Position numbers and translations under genes: made by a program. From Gemmata obscuriglobus (GTDB lineage: Bacteria; Planctomycetota; Planctomycetia; Gemmatales; Gemmataceae): a stretch of DNA of 32,000 bases. This document shows positions 7,545 through 15,888 of the stretch, one piece after another. The notes under the pieces are model-generated. The model was not told the origin of the DNA. It saw only the letters and a program-made list of their open reading frames with translations, and searched no databases. The stretch lies in assembly GCF_008065095.1 (NCBI RefSeq), contig NZ_CP042911.1, forward strand, positions 6,090,001 to 6,122,000, written 5' to 3'. The stretch's first letter is position 1, and each line of letters begins with the position of its first letter.

Positions 7545-9731
7545 TCAGACTTCCTTGACCACGATCCGGGTGCCCTCGACGGCGATCACCTGAACGCGGG
7601 CGCCGCCGGGGACGAACCCGCCGTCGGACACCACGTCGACGAACTTCTCCCCGAACCGCACCACCCCGGCCGGGCGCAGGGCGGTGCTCGTGGTCCCGAT
7701 CGCGCCCATCAGCTCGGCGGCCTCGCTGGCCCCGGGCAGTTGCGCTTCGGCGGCCTCGGGCAGATCGCTCGGCGGGCTCAGCATCATCCGGTTGGCGTAC
7801 GGCACCTGGGGCAGGAACCGGCCGATCAGCAGCGCCGCCACCATCGCGCCCATCATCGCGAAGAGGTAGGTCGAGATCCGCACGCCCAGGTTCACCCACT
7901 CCGCGCTGTTCTGGGGCACCCGGTCGATGGTGACAACGCCCAGCCCGGCGAGCATGAAGAGGATGCCGCTGATCCCGCACACCCCGAACCCCGGCAGCAC
8001 GAAGATCTCCAGCCCGACCAGCACCAGCCCGAGCAGGAACAGCAGCAGCGCCAGGACGAACATCTCCCCGCTGAACCGGGACTGCGACCAGAACACCAGG
8101 ATGAAGCACAGCGCGGCGACGATCCCGGGGACCGTCAGGCCCGGCACTTTCAGTTCCAGAATGAGCCCGATGAAGCCGATCATCACCAGGATGATGGTCA
8201 CCGCCGGGATGCGCAGGAACTCGGCCAGCCGGTCCAGGATGCCCGGGTCCGGGCTCTTCGCCTCTCCGACGCCGTACAGCGCGCACACGTCCTTCACGTT
8301 AGTGGTCGGCACCAGGAACCGGGCCACCCCCAGCTCGGCCGCGAGCGTCGCGGTCAGCTTCAGCGGCACGGTCCGCGGCTTGACGACCTTGTCCTCGTCC
8401 CACGCGCCGGCCTTCTTCTCGGTCTCGAACTGCTCCCGCGTGAACAGGCGGGTCTTGTTGCGGTCGTTGCCCTTGCCCTTGGCCCGCACGACCTCGGTCT
8501 CGCGGTCGAGCAGCCCCTGGATCAGCACCGGCGAGTAGCCGCGCTGGGCGGCCAGGGCCATCAGGCTCTCCGCCTGCGCGGCGCGGGTCGACGGCTTGAC
8601 GGTCCGCAGGTACTGCTCAAAGTTGCCGAACTCGGCCTCCTGCGCCTCGGCGTCCGTCGGCTTGGTCATCACGATCTCGGAGCACCCCAGCGCGACCACC
8701 GCCGCGGCGTCCGGCGCCGCCTCGGGGACGAACGCGACGATCTGGAGCGCGTCCTCGCCGGTCTGGGCCGCGGCCAGATCCTCCGCCAGCCCGCGGGCGG
8801 CATCAAGGTCGGTGCCGCCGCACCGCAGCACCAGCACCAAGAAGTTCCCCTTCTTCTTGCGGACGTCGCGGATGACCCGGTTGACCGACTCCCGCATCGC
8901 CCCGTCCACGTCGCCCGTCAGGGTCCACTGGTACGGGTCGGGGACGCGCCCGGCGAGCGGGTCGCCGTTGATGACCGCGGGCGGCAGGTTGTACAGCTCG
9001 GCCACCTCCGCGCGCGACTCCGCGGTGCCGTCGGCCAGCCCCACGGACTTCGCGGCGTCGGTCGGGTAGGTCGCCAGCTGGCCGTCCTGAACCTTCGTTA
9101 CTTGCTCGACCCCGACCACCTGTTTGAGTGACGCCTCGTCGTTGCGGTCGGCGTAGCGGGTGGCGCCGGTCTTCGCGTCCTTGCCGCGCACCAGCGACAC
9201 CTTCGGGTCGAACATCTTCTGCACCACCGGCCAGCGGTCGTCGCGGTTGAACCGGGTCTTGTACGCGACCTGTTCGGACGCGTCGAGCGGCGGCACCCCT
9301 TCCGCGGCCACCGGCCCGACGGCCGCGCCCTTCGCCATCAGCACCTCTTTGCAGGCGATGACCGGGAGGACGGTGTGCCCGCTGACGGTCCCGCGGACGA
9401 ACGCCACGGTCCGCACGCCGGCCAGCCGCGGGGCGCTGAGGAACTTGGCCAGGTCGGCGCAGGGGCCGAAGTTGGGGGTGAGTGCGGGCTTCCCGTCGGG
9501 GTTGAAGTCGAGCACCAGGGTGGAGATCCGGCGCTCCTCGTTCTTCTCGTTGACCCGGGCCGCCACCTGGTTCTCGATGCGGGCGACCGTGTCGCTGGTG
9601 ATCGGGGTCTGGACCGTCACGAACATCGCGTCACGAACCGCCTCCTGGGCGACCGCCGCGGGGGCGGTCAGGAGCAACCCGACGAGGGCCAGGGCCCGGA
9701 GCCCCGTGAAGCGGTACAGAGATGCGCGCAT
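7545..9731 (-). CDS. NfeD-family membrane-bound protease-like protein, long form (periplasmic ClpP/S49-like modules, TM bundle, OB-fold)
   Basis: Signal peptide MRASLYRFTGLRALALVGLLLTAPAAVAQ. The C-terminal multi-TM block is IGFIGLILELKVPGLTVPGIVAAL.., and the terminal OB motif is GTTSTALRPAGVVRFGEKFVDVVSDGGFVPGGARVQVIAVEGTRIVVKEV. Confidence 0.85.
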   Translation of the reverse strand: MRASLYRFTGLRALALVGLLLTAPAAVAQEAVRDAMFVTVQTPITSDTVARIENQVAARVNEKNEERRISTLVLDFNPDGKPALTPNFGPCADLAKFLSAPRLAGVRTVAFVRGTVSGHTVLPVIACKEVLMAKGAAVGPVAAEGVPPLDASEQVAYKTRFNRDDRWPVVQKMFDPKVSLVRGKDAKTGATRYADRNDEASLKQVVGVEQVTKVQDGQLATYPTDAAKSVGLADGTAESRAEVAELYNLPPAVINGDPLAGRVPDPYQWTLTGDVDGAMRESVNRVIRDVRKKKGNFLVLVLRCGGTDLDAARGLAEDLAAAQTGEDALQIVAFVPEAAPDAAAVVALGCSEIVMTKPTDAEAQEAEFGNFEQYLRTVKPSTRAAQAESLMALAAQRGYSPVLIQGLLDRETEVVRAKGKGNDRNKTRLFTREQFETEKKAGAWDEDKVVKPRTVPLKLTATLAAELGVARFLVPTTNVKDVCALYGVGEAKSPDPGILDRLAEFLRIPAVTIILVMIGFIGLILELKVPGLTVPGIVAALCFILVFWSQSRFSGEMFVLALLLFLLGLVLVGLEIFVLPGFGVCGISGILFMLAGLGVVTIDRVPQNSAEWVNLGVRISTYLFAMMGAMVAALLIGRFLPQVPYANRMMLSPPSDLPEAAEAQLPGASEAAELMGAIGTTSTALRPAGVVRFGEKFVDVVSDGGFVPGGARVQVIAVEGTRIVVKEV

Positions 9732-10160
9732 CGTTCGTCGTTCCTTTTGGTGCGCGTAAAAGGCGCGCCACCCAGGCAGATTATAACGCCCCTACGGTAG
9801 CACGCCAAAGAACGTTCTCGCGCCATTCCGCGCAACCGCGGGACCGCGGCGCGCCCTTCGCACAACCGCACGCCGACATTACCTGATTCGCCCAGAGAGC
9901 CCGTTTCTCCGCCGCGCCGGACCGATTGTGCCGAGTTTAGCGAGTTAATATGCGCAGTCTGAGATGAATAGTTTGATTCCGCGTCTGCGCGGGGATTGCG
10001 GGAACAGAACAGTGGTATTAGGTTTATGGAAGATGGCGAAGATGGGCTGTTAGGTTGTGCGGACGGGATCGGCGGTGCGTGTTCGGAGCTGACCCGGGGT
10101 GGCGTGACGTGTCGTTTCTCCTCACGGACGGGGGCGGGAACGGCCGATTGGGGTGGCGTC

Positions 10161-11453
10161 ATGCGCAGGGTGGTAATCTCGGGCTTGGGCGTCGTGGCTC
10201 CGAACGGGGTCGGCAAAGACGCGTTTTGGCAAGCTTGCGTGGACGGGCACAGCGGGATCGGGCCGATCCGCTCGTTCGACGCCTCCAACCACCCGATCGG
10301 GGTGGCCGGTGAGGTATTGGACTTCGATCCCGAGCCGTTCATCCCCGACAAGTTCCGCAAGTCCGTCAAGGTGATGGGCCGGGCGGCGCGGTTCGGGATC
10401 GGCGCCGCGGGCCTGGCCGTCGCCGACAGCGGCCTCGACCTCGCGGCCATCAACCCGGAGCGGCTCGGGGTGGTGATGGGCACCGGGCTGGTGCCCATGG
10501 ACCTGGGCGAGCTCGCGCCGCTGCTGGCCCGCGCGTGCCAGGAGGACGGCGAGTTCGACGCGACGAAGCTCCCGGACCCGAACCGGCCGGACTCGCCGCT
10601 GTTCCCGCTGTGGCTGCTGAAGTACCTGCCGAACATGGCGGCGGCGCACATCTCGATGGCGTTCAACTGCCAGGGGCCGAACAACACGGTCGTGACCGCG
10701 TGCGTCGCGGGCACCCAGGCCGTTGGGGAGGGGTTCCGGCTGATCGCCCGCGGCGACGCGGACGTGATGCTGTGCGGCGGCGCCGACAGCCGCATCGACC
10801 CGCTGATGCTGCTGGCGTACACGTCGCTGGGGACGCTGAGCAAGTCGAACGGGCGCGCCCCGGAGGAGCGGTCGCGGCCGTTCGACCGGCTCCGCGACGG
10901 GTTCGTGATCAGCGAGGGCGCCGCGGTTCTCGTGCTCGAAGACTACGAGCGGGCGAAGGCCCGCAACGCCCCGATCTACGCCGAGGTCAAGGGCTGGGGC
11001 AGCACCTTCGACGCCTACTCCGTCACGAAGCCCGACCCGGAAGGGCGCGGGGGCGCGCGCGCGATCCAGGCCGCGCTGACGGAAGCGGAAGTCGACTTCC
11101 GCGACGTCGGGTACATCAACGCGCACGGCACCAGCACGAAGCTGAACGACCTGATGGAAACGGCGGCCGTGAAGCGGGTGTTCGGGGACCACGCCCGCGA
11201 AGTACAGTTGTCGTCGATCAAGTCGATGATCGGGCACTCGATCGGCGCGAGCGGCGCCATCGAAGCGGCGGCGCTCGCGATGAGCCTGAAGACGCAGGTG
11301 TACCCGCCGACGATCAACCTGAAGAACCCGGACCCGGGGTGCGACCTGGACTACATCCCGAACACGGCGCGCGAGGCGCGGGTGCGGTACGGGCTCTCCA
11401 CCAGCTTCGGGTTCGGCGGCCAGAACGGCGCGCTGGTGATGGCCGCGGTCTGA
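10161..11453 (+). CDS. fabF: beta-ketoacyl-ACP synthase II
   Basis: MRRVVISGLGVVAPNG start. Catalytic Cys context VVTACVAGTQAVG and the two His motifs NAHGTST and IGHSIGASG. ORF 9996.. trimmed to the ATG at 10161. Confidence 0.9.
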   Translation: MRRVVISGLGVVAPNGVGKDAFWQACVDGHSGIGPIRSFDASNHPIGVAGEVLDFDPEPFIPDKFRKSVKVMGRAARFGIGAAGLAVADSGLDLAAINPERLGVVMGTGLVPMDLGELAPLLARACQEDGEFDATKLPDPNRPDSPLFPLWLLKYLPNMAAAHISMAFNCQGPNNTVVTACVAGTQAVGEGFRLIARGDADVMLCGGADSRIDPLMLLAYTSLGTLSKSNGRAPEERSRPFDRLRDGFVISEGAAVLVLEDYERAKARNAPIYAEVKGWGSTFDAYSVTKPDPEGRGGARAIQAALTEAEVDFRDVGYINAHGTSTKLNDLMETAAVKRVFGDHAREVQLSSIKSMIGHSIGASGAIEAAALAMSLKTQVYPPTINLKNPDPGCDLDYIPNTAREARVRYGLSTSFGFGGQNGALVMAAV

Positions 11454-11461
11454 GCGCGGCG

Positions 11462-13075
11462 TTACACCAGCTCGACACGAGCGCCGTAGCGCTCGACGAG
11501 CCGCTGGTGGTAGGCCCCGGCCGCCGCTCCGCTGCTGCTCACGTACAACCGGTCGATGTCGCCCAGGTGTGGCGAGTCGGCCAGCGCGGTCGCCGTGCGC
11601 GGGGTCAGCGCCAGCCCGCGGCCGAGGTCCAGTTCGCGGAGCCGCGCCGCGGCCGGGAGCTTCGACAGCCTTTCGACGAACCCGTCGGCACCGACACCGA
11701 TCCACGCCTTGATTCCAACGAGTCGTGGGAACCTGTCACTCGCGATCAGCGCGAGTAGCGATTCCGCCGACAGCGTGTTGTCGATTTGCAGGTACTCCAG
11801 GTGCGGCCACGGGCGCCCGCTCAGCAGCACGCCAATCGCGTCAGCCTTATCCCCCGCTTTGAACGTCAGCCACCGCAGCGATTCCGTCAGCGGCGACTGG
11901 ACGAGGCGGCCCAGCGCCGGGGGTTCCAGCTCCGCATCAAACAGCTCCAGCCGCCGCAGGTCGCGGAGCGCCGGACGGTCGAAGAACGCCTTGGCCGGTC
12001 GCCCGGTTGATAGGTGCCCCCACACCGTGAGTGAAAGCAGCTCCTGCGGCCCGCCGGTCAGGGACTTCCAGTGCGCGGCGGCCCACTGGCCCGACACGGC
12101 GAGTTCGCGGAGCCCCGGCACCCCCGGACCGGCAACCAGTTCGGCCACCGCCGGGTGCGCGCCGTGGCAGTTTCGCACCTCGAGCGTGCGAAGATCCGGG
12201 CGCGTGCCGCCGAGGAGCGCCTTCAGCCCGTCGCCCCCTAGCGCCGCGTGCCCCCCGAGCCGGATGGCGGTGAGCCGCGACACCCAGTCCGCGCGCCCCA
12301 GGGCCGCCGCCCCGGCGGGCGTCAGCTCCGGCGCCGTCAGGTTCTCTCCCGAAAGCGTAAGCTCGCGCAGCGCGGGCAGGTTCGTTTTCCGAGCGAGGAC
12401 GAAGGCCTGCTCGTCACTGAAATCGGAACCGGTCAGCGACAGCACCTCGAGACGCGGCAGGTGCGCGGACCGGACCAGGCGCTCCAACCCGCCGGACGGG
12501 ACCGGCCCGTTCAGTTCCAACCGGGTGAGGTCGGCGCGGGCCGCCGTCTCGGCCAGCGTGCGGTAGATCGCCGGGCGCAGTTCCGCGGGGCAGAACCGGC
12601 CGAGTTCCAGCCACAAAGTCCGCAGGGCCGGCAGCGCGTCGGTCGTCAGCAGCCAGCGCCGGTCCCCCGCGCTCGGGTCGAAGTAGAACCGGGCCGACGC
12701 GATCGGTCGGTGCGCGAACCAGTCCCGGGCGCGCGCTTCGGGCACCGGGTCCAGAAAGGCGGTGGCCCCGCCCGCGAGCCCGCGGCTCGGGACGAAGAAC
12801 CCGGTCGGGAACCCTTCGGCCGTTCCCGGCGCGCCGGGCGCCCGGCACCACCTCGTACCGAGTTCGCGGAGCAACCGGCCGCTCCGAACGCGGTCGGCGG
12901 CGTACCCGTCGCCCCACGGGGGCGTGCGCGCGAGCCGGCACTGGGTGCGGATGAGGTCCGCGTGCGCGGGCTCGGCGTTCTCTTGGAGCCAATCGGCGTA
13001 CACGAGCCGCGCGGTGTCCTCGTGCGGGTCCGCCAGGATCGCTCGGTACAGCGCGACCTCCTCGGGGTGTGCCAT
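11462..13075 (-). CDS. TIGR02996-domain protein with leucine-rich (RNI-like) repeats
   Basis: N-terminus YRAILADPHEDTARLVYADWLQENAEPAHADLIRTQCRL is the classic TIGR02996 repeat-companion domain. It is followed by repeated L..L.L.. units (LRELTLSG, LRTLEVRNC, LRELAVSG, LRRLELFD). Confidence 0.8.
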   Translation of the reverse strand: MAHPEEVALYRAILADPHEDTARLVYADWLQENAEPAHADLIRTQCRLARTPPWGDGYAADRVRSGRLLRELGTRWCRAPGAPGTAEGFPTGFFVPSRGLAGGATAFLDPVPEARARDWFAHRPIASARFYFDPSAGDRRWLLTTDALPALRTLWLELGRFCPAELRPAIYRTLAETAARADLTRLELNGPVPSGGLERLVRSAHLPRLEVLSLTGSDFSDEQAFVLARKTNLPALRELTLSGENLTAPELTPAGAAALGRADWVSRLTAIRLGGHAALGGDGLKALLGGTRPDLRTLEVRNCHGAHPAVAELVAGPGVPGLRELAVSGQWAAAHWKSLTGGPQELLSLTVWGHLSTGRPAKAFFDRPALRDLRRLELFDAELEPPALGRLVQSPLTESLRWLTFKAGDKADAIGVLLSGRPWPHLEYLQIDNTLSAESLLALIASDRFPRLVGIKAWIGVGADGFVERLSKLPAAARLRELDLGRGLALTPRTATALADSPHLGDIDRLYVSSSGAAAGAYHQRLVERYGARVELV

Positions 13076-13208
13076 GCGTGCCTTCCCACTTCAGTGATGC
13101 CCGCGGGTATTCTCGCACCCGTGAGCACCGCTGTCACGCGATGACGCCCCGCGCACCCGTTCCGGTCCCGTGTTGCAGTTGCCGGCTACGAAGTGGGGCC
13201 GGACCTCA

Positions 13209-13261
13209 ACGAGCCCGCGGCGTGAAGGGGCACCGTGTGCCCCTTCACGCCGCGGGCTCGT
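13209..13261 (-). terminator. 25-bp perfect hairpin downstream of the pirin gene (I-shaped terminator candidate)
   Basis: 13210-13233 cgagcccgcggcgtgaaggggcac is the exact reverse complement of 13237-13260, with a 3-nt loop and an extra A-T pair at 13209/13261. It lies 39 nt after the pirin stop. There is no U-tract. Confidence 0.6.
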
Positions 13262-13299
13262 CGAAACAATGTGTGACCGCAACCGGATCCGGGCACGCG

Positions 13300-13992
13300 C
13301 TACGCCAGATCGAACAGGAGCACTTCACCGTTACCCGATACGGTTACCTCGCGCTCGTGTTCAACCGCGACCGCGTCACCCGCGACGAGTTCCTTGCCGT
13401 TGACGGTCGCCGTCCCGGTGGCGACGTGGACGAACGCGGCGCGGCCAGCAGCCAACTCGTGACGGACGCCCTCCCCGCGCAGCTTGGTCTGGTACACGCG
13501 AGCGTCCTGGTGAATCGTCAGCGAGCCGTTCGCCCCGTCCGGGGACGCCACCAGCGCCCATTTCCCGCTCTTGTCGGTGTCGGTGAACACCTTCTGCTGG
13601 TACCCGGGCTTGTGCCCGCGGCGGTCCGGCAACAGCCAGATCTGGAGCAGGTGGACGGGCTCCTCGTCGGACGGGTTGAACTCGCTGTGCGTTAACCCGG
13701 TGCCGGCGGTCATCGCCTGCCACTCGTTGGCCCGGATCACTTCGCCGTTGCCCATGCTGTCGGCGTGCTCGAGCGCCCCCGACAGCACACAGGTCAGGAT
13801 CTCCATGTCGCGGTGCGGGTGCGTGGGGAACCCGCCGCCCGGCGCGACCCGGTCGTCGTTAATGACCCGCAGCGCGCGGAACTGGTGGTGCTTGGGGTCC
13901 TGGTACTCGCCGAACGAGAACGTGTGCCGGCTGTCGAGCCAGCCGCCGTAGCGTGTGACCCCGCGGTCGGTCCCTTTACGAATCGTGAGCAT
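13300..13992 (-). CDS. pirin-family protein (bicupin)
   Basis: ...HTFSFGEYQDP....FRALRVINDDRVAPGGGFPTHPHRDMEILTCVLSGALEHADSMGN... is the canonical pirin metal-binding region. Trimmed to the ATG at 13990-13992 (MLTIRKG). Confidence 0.9.
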   Translation of the reverse strand: MLTIRKGTDRGVTRYGGWLDSRHTFSFGEYQDPKHHQFRALRVINDDRVAPGGGFPTHPHRDMEILTCVLSGALEHADSMGNGEVIRANEWQAMTAGTGLTHSEFNPSDEEPVHLLQIWLLPDRRGHKPGYQQKVFTDTDKSGKWALVASPDGANGSLTIHQDARVYQTKLRGEGVRHELAAGRAAFVHVATGTATVNGKELVAGDAVAVEHEREVTVSGNGEVLLFDLA

Positions 13993-14227
13993 TGGTGAAT
14001 CCAGTGGCGCCCCGAGGTCAGGTGGGGCACCAGGGGATACCGCGGGCAGAGGTGCGACTTTCAGACCGGTGCCGGGCCACTCACGCACAATGCGCCCCCC
14101 GGGTGGGGGGCCGTACTCCCGGTGCCGTCTTCGGCCTGCGCAACACGACGTTTATAGCGACAGTCGTCGTGCCGAACCGGAGATGTCACCGGGCGCGGCG
14201 GGCAAGTTACAACGTGCCCGGTGGCGG

Positions 14228-15553
14228 CTACTTCGTGACCTTGAACAGTTGCGCGCCGGTACGGATGTAGAACGCGCCGTCGGCCGCGGCAACCCCGTAC
14301 ACGATCGGGTCGCCGTACTCACCGCCGGGCGCATCCTTCTTGTCACCGGGCGCGTCTTTCTTGCCACCGGCCGGCGTCGGTTTTGCCTTCGTTTCCCAGA
14401 GCTTGTTCGATGCGATCTGATCGAACTCCTTGCCGGCCTTCAGCACGCTGGTGGTGCCGTCCTTGCCGAAGAAGTACACGTGCCCGCCGGCGCCGACCGG
14501 CGAGGCCCAGCACGCGCCGTCGGTGCGCTCGGCGAACAGCTCCTTGCCGGTCGCGAGGTCGTGCGCGTACACCACGCCCACCTGGTTCACGAAGTACGCG
14601 ACGCCTTCGTACCCCAGCGGGGTGGCGTAGTTCGAGACGCCCGCCCTTGCGGCCCACGCGGGTTCAAACGTCGGCTTGCCGTCCTTCGAGACCAATTTCA
14701 GGCACCCGTTGCTCTTGGCCCCGGCGGGCGATTCCTCCTTCGACCGGCTCGTGCCGCCGCCGAACAGCACCCGGTCGCCAATCACCGACGCCGACGGGAT
14801 CGTGTTCCCGACCACGTTGTCGAGCTTCCACAGTTCCTTGCCGGTGTCGGCGGCGTAGCCGATCACCGTACCCGCGCTGCTAGCGATCACCTCGGGGCTC
14901 CCGTTCCGGGTGGCGACGACGGGAGACGCCCAGCCGCCCTTCTGCTCGCGCCCCACCTTCCATTTGTTTTCGCCGTCCACCTTTTTGACCGCCAGCAGGT
15001 ACGACGGCCCGCGGTGGTCGATGAGAACGAACACGGCGTCTTCGGTCTGTGCCAGCGAGCTGCCGATCCCGTGACCGCCCTGGAACTCGCCGTACTCCTT
15101 CACGAGGTCGCGCGCCCAGCGCACCTTGCCGGCGTGGGTCAGCGCGATCAGGTTCCCGCCCTCGAAGAAGCAGTACACCCCGTCCGCGTCGACGCACGGG
15201 GTGGGGGCGGCGCGGCTGATGGTGTAGCTCCACTTTGCCTTCTGAGTGGGCTCGAAGGTGTGCCGCCACTTCTCCTTGCCGGTCTTGGCGTCGAGCGCGA
15301 CCACGTACCCCTTTTCGCGGTTGTCCCCTTCCACGGCGGTCAGGTAGACGGTGCCGTCCCACACCACCGGAGAGGACTGGCCGTAGCCGGGCAGGTCCGC
15401 GGTCCACGCGAGCCCGTCTTTGGGACCCCACGCGGTGGGGTACGCGCCTTTAGCAACGGACTCGCCGGTGCCACGGAAGCCGGGCCAAGCGTCGGCCGCC
15501 GGGGCGGACAGTGCGGTCGAGAGTGAGAGCGTGAGTACGAGTGCGGCGCGCAT
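14228..15553 (-). CDS. secreted PQQ-like beta-propeller repeat protein (BamB-like fold)
   Basis: Signal peptide MRAALVLTLSLSTALSAPAADA, then WPGFRGTG and repeated ...SSPVV.DG.VY..../...ALDA.TGKE.W motifs. Trimmed to the ATG at 15551-15553. Confidence 0.85.
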   Translation of the reverse strand: MRAALVLTLSLSTALSAPAADAWPGFRGTGESVAKGAYPTAWGPKDGLAWTADLPGYGQSSPVVWDGTVYLTAVEGDNREKGYVVALDAKTGKEKWRHTFEPTQKAKWSYTISRAAPTPCVDADGVYCFFEGGNLIALTHAGKVRWARDLVKEYGEFQGGHGIGSSLAQTEDAVFVLIDHRGPSYLLAVKKVDGENKWKVGREQKGGWASPVVATRNGSPEVIASSAGTVIGYAADTGKELWKLDNVVGNTIPSASVIGDRVLFGGGTSRSKEESPAGAKSNGCLKLVSKDGKPTFEPAWAARAGVSNYATPLGYEGVAYFVNQVGVVYAHDLATGKELFAERTDGACWASPVGAGGHVYFFGKDGTTSVLKAGKEFDQIASNKLWETKAKPTPAGGKKDAPGDKKDAPGGEYGDPIVYGVAAADGAFYIRTGAQLFKVTK

Positions 15554-15610
15554 GAGCGCCCTCCGGGTAACGGTTCGCTGCGGTCTGCGCAGCGCGGCAG
15601 TAGGGTGCAA

Positions 15611-15660
15611 GCTACTCGAATAACTTAGTTATACTAAATTAAACGCATATGCATAGTGCT
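15611..15660. promoter_or_regulatory. AT-rich island with two palindromes upstream of the propeller gene
   Basis: ctcgaataacttagttatactaaattaaacgcatatgcatag stands out in a high-GC context. It contains ATAAC-TTA-GTTAT (15620-15632) and GCATATGC (15645-15652). It lies 60-100 nt upstream of the ATG at 15553 on the minus strand. Confidence 0.4.
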
Positions 15661-15772
15661 GAGGCGGAAATGTGGATGCCGGAGGCGCGGTGCTCAAACT
15701 GATCGCCCCGCGCCACGCGCAAAAGCAGCCCGCACGATCTGATTCACGACCCGGCTGGTGGTATCTGTTTCT

Positions 15773-15838
15773 TGTGGCACAGACATTCCTGTCTGTGCAG
15801 GGCGATAAGGCCGCACAGACAGGAATGTCTGTGCCACA
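15773..15838 (-). terminator. 26-bp perfect inverted repeat with self-palindromic arms, downstream of the PepSY gene
   Basis: 15773-15798 tgtggcacagacattcctgtctgtgc is the exact reverse complement of 15813-15838, with a 14-nt spacer. Each arm is itself gcacagaca-N4-tgtctgtgc. It lies 51 nt after the stop at 15889. Confidence 0.6.
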
Positions 15839-15888
15839 AAGACAAAAACCAAAACAGACAGCACCAACCGGATTGTGAGTGAATGAGG

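Noticed and set aside
9996-10160. 55-aa N-terminal extension of fabF
   Set aside because: The canonical KAS II N-terminus (MRRVVISGLGVV) begins at the ATG at 10161. The extension lies in an AT-richer promoter-like region and has no homologous character.
9732-10160. 430-bp divergent spacer between long nfeD and fabF as a possible acpP or sRNA locus
   Set aside because: There is no ORF with an ACP DSLD-type motif and no strong conserved-looking structure. The AT-richer stretch at about 9930-10060 is most simply the fabF promoter region.
10122-11705. 527-aa minus-strand ORF
   Set aside because: It is antisense to fabF, which has an intact Cys-His-His catalytic triad context. It is an R/P/A/G-rich shadow ORF.
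13955-15526. 523-aa plus-strand ORF
   Set aside because: It is antisense to the PQQ-propeller gene, which has a signal peptide and repeat motifs. It has shadow composition.
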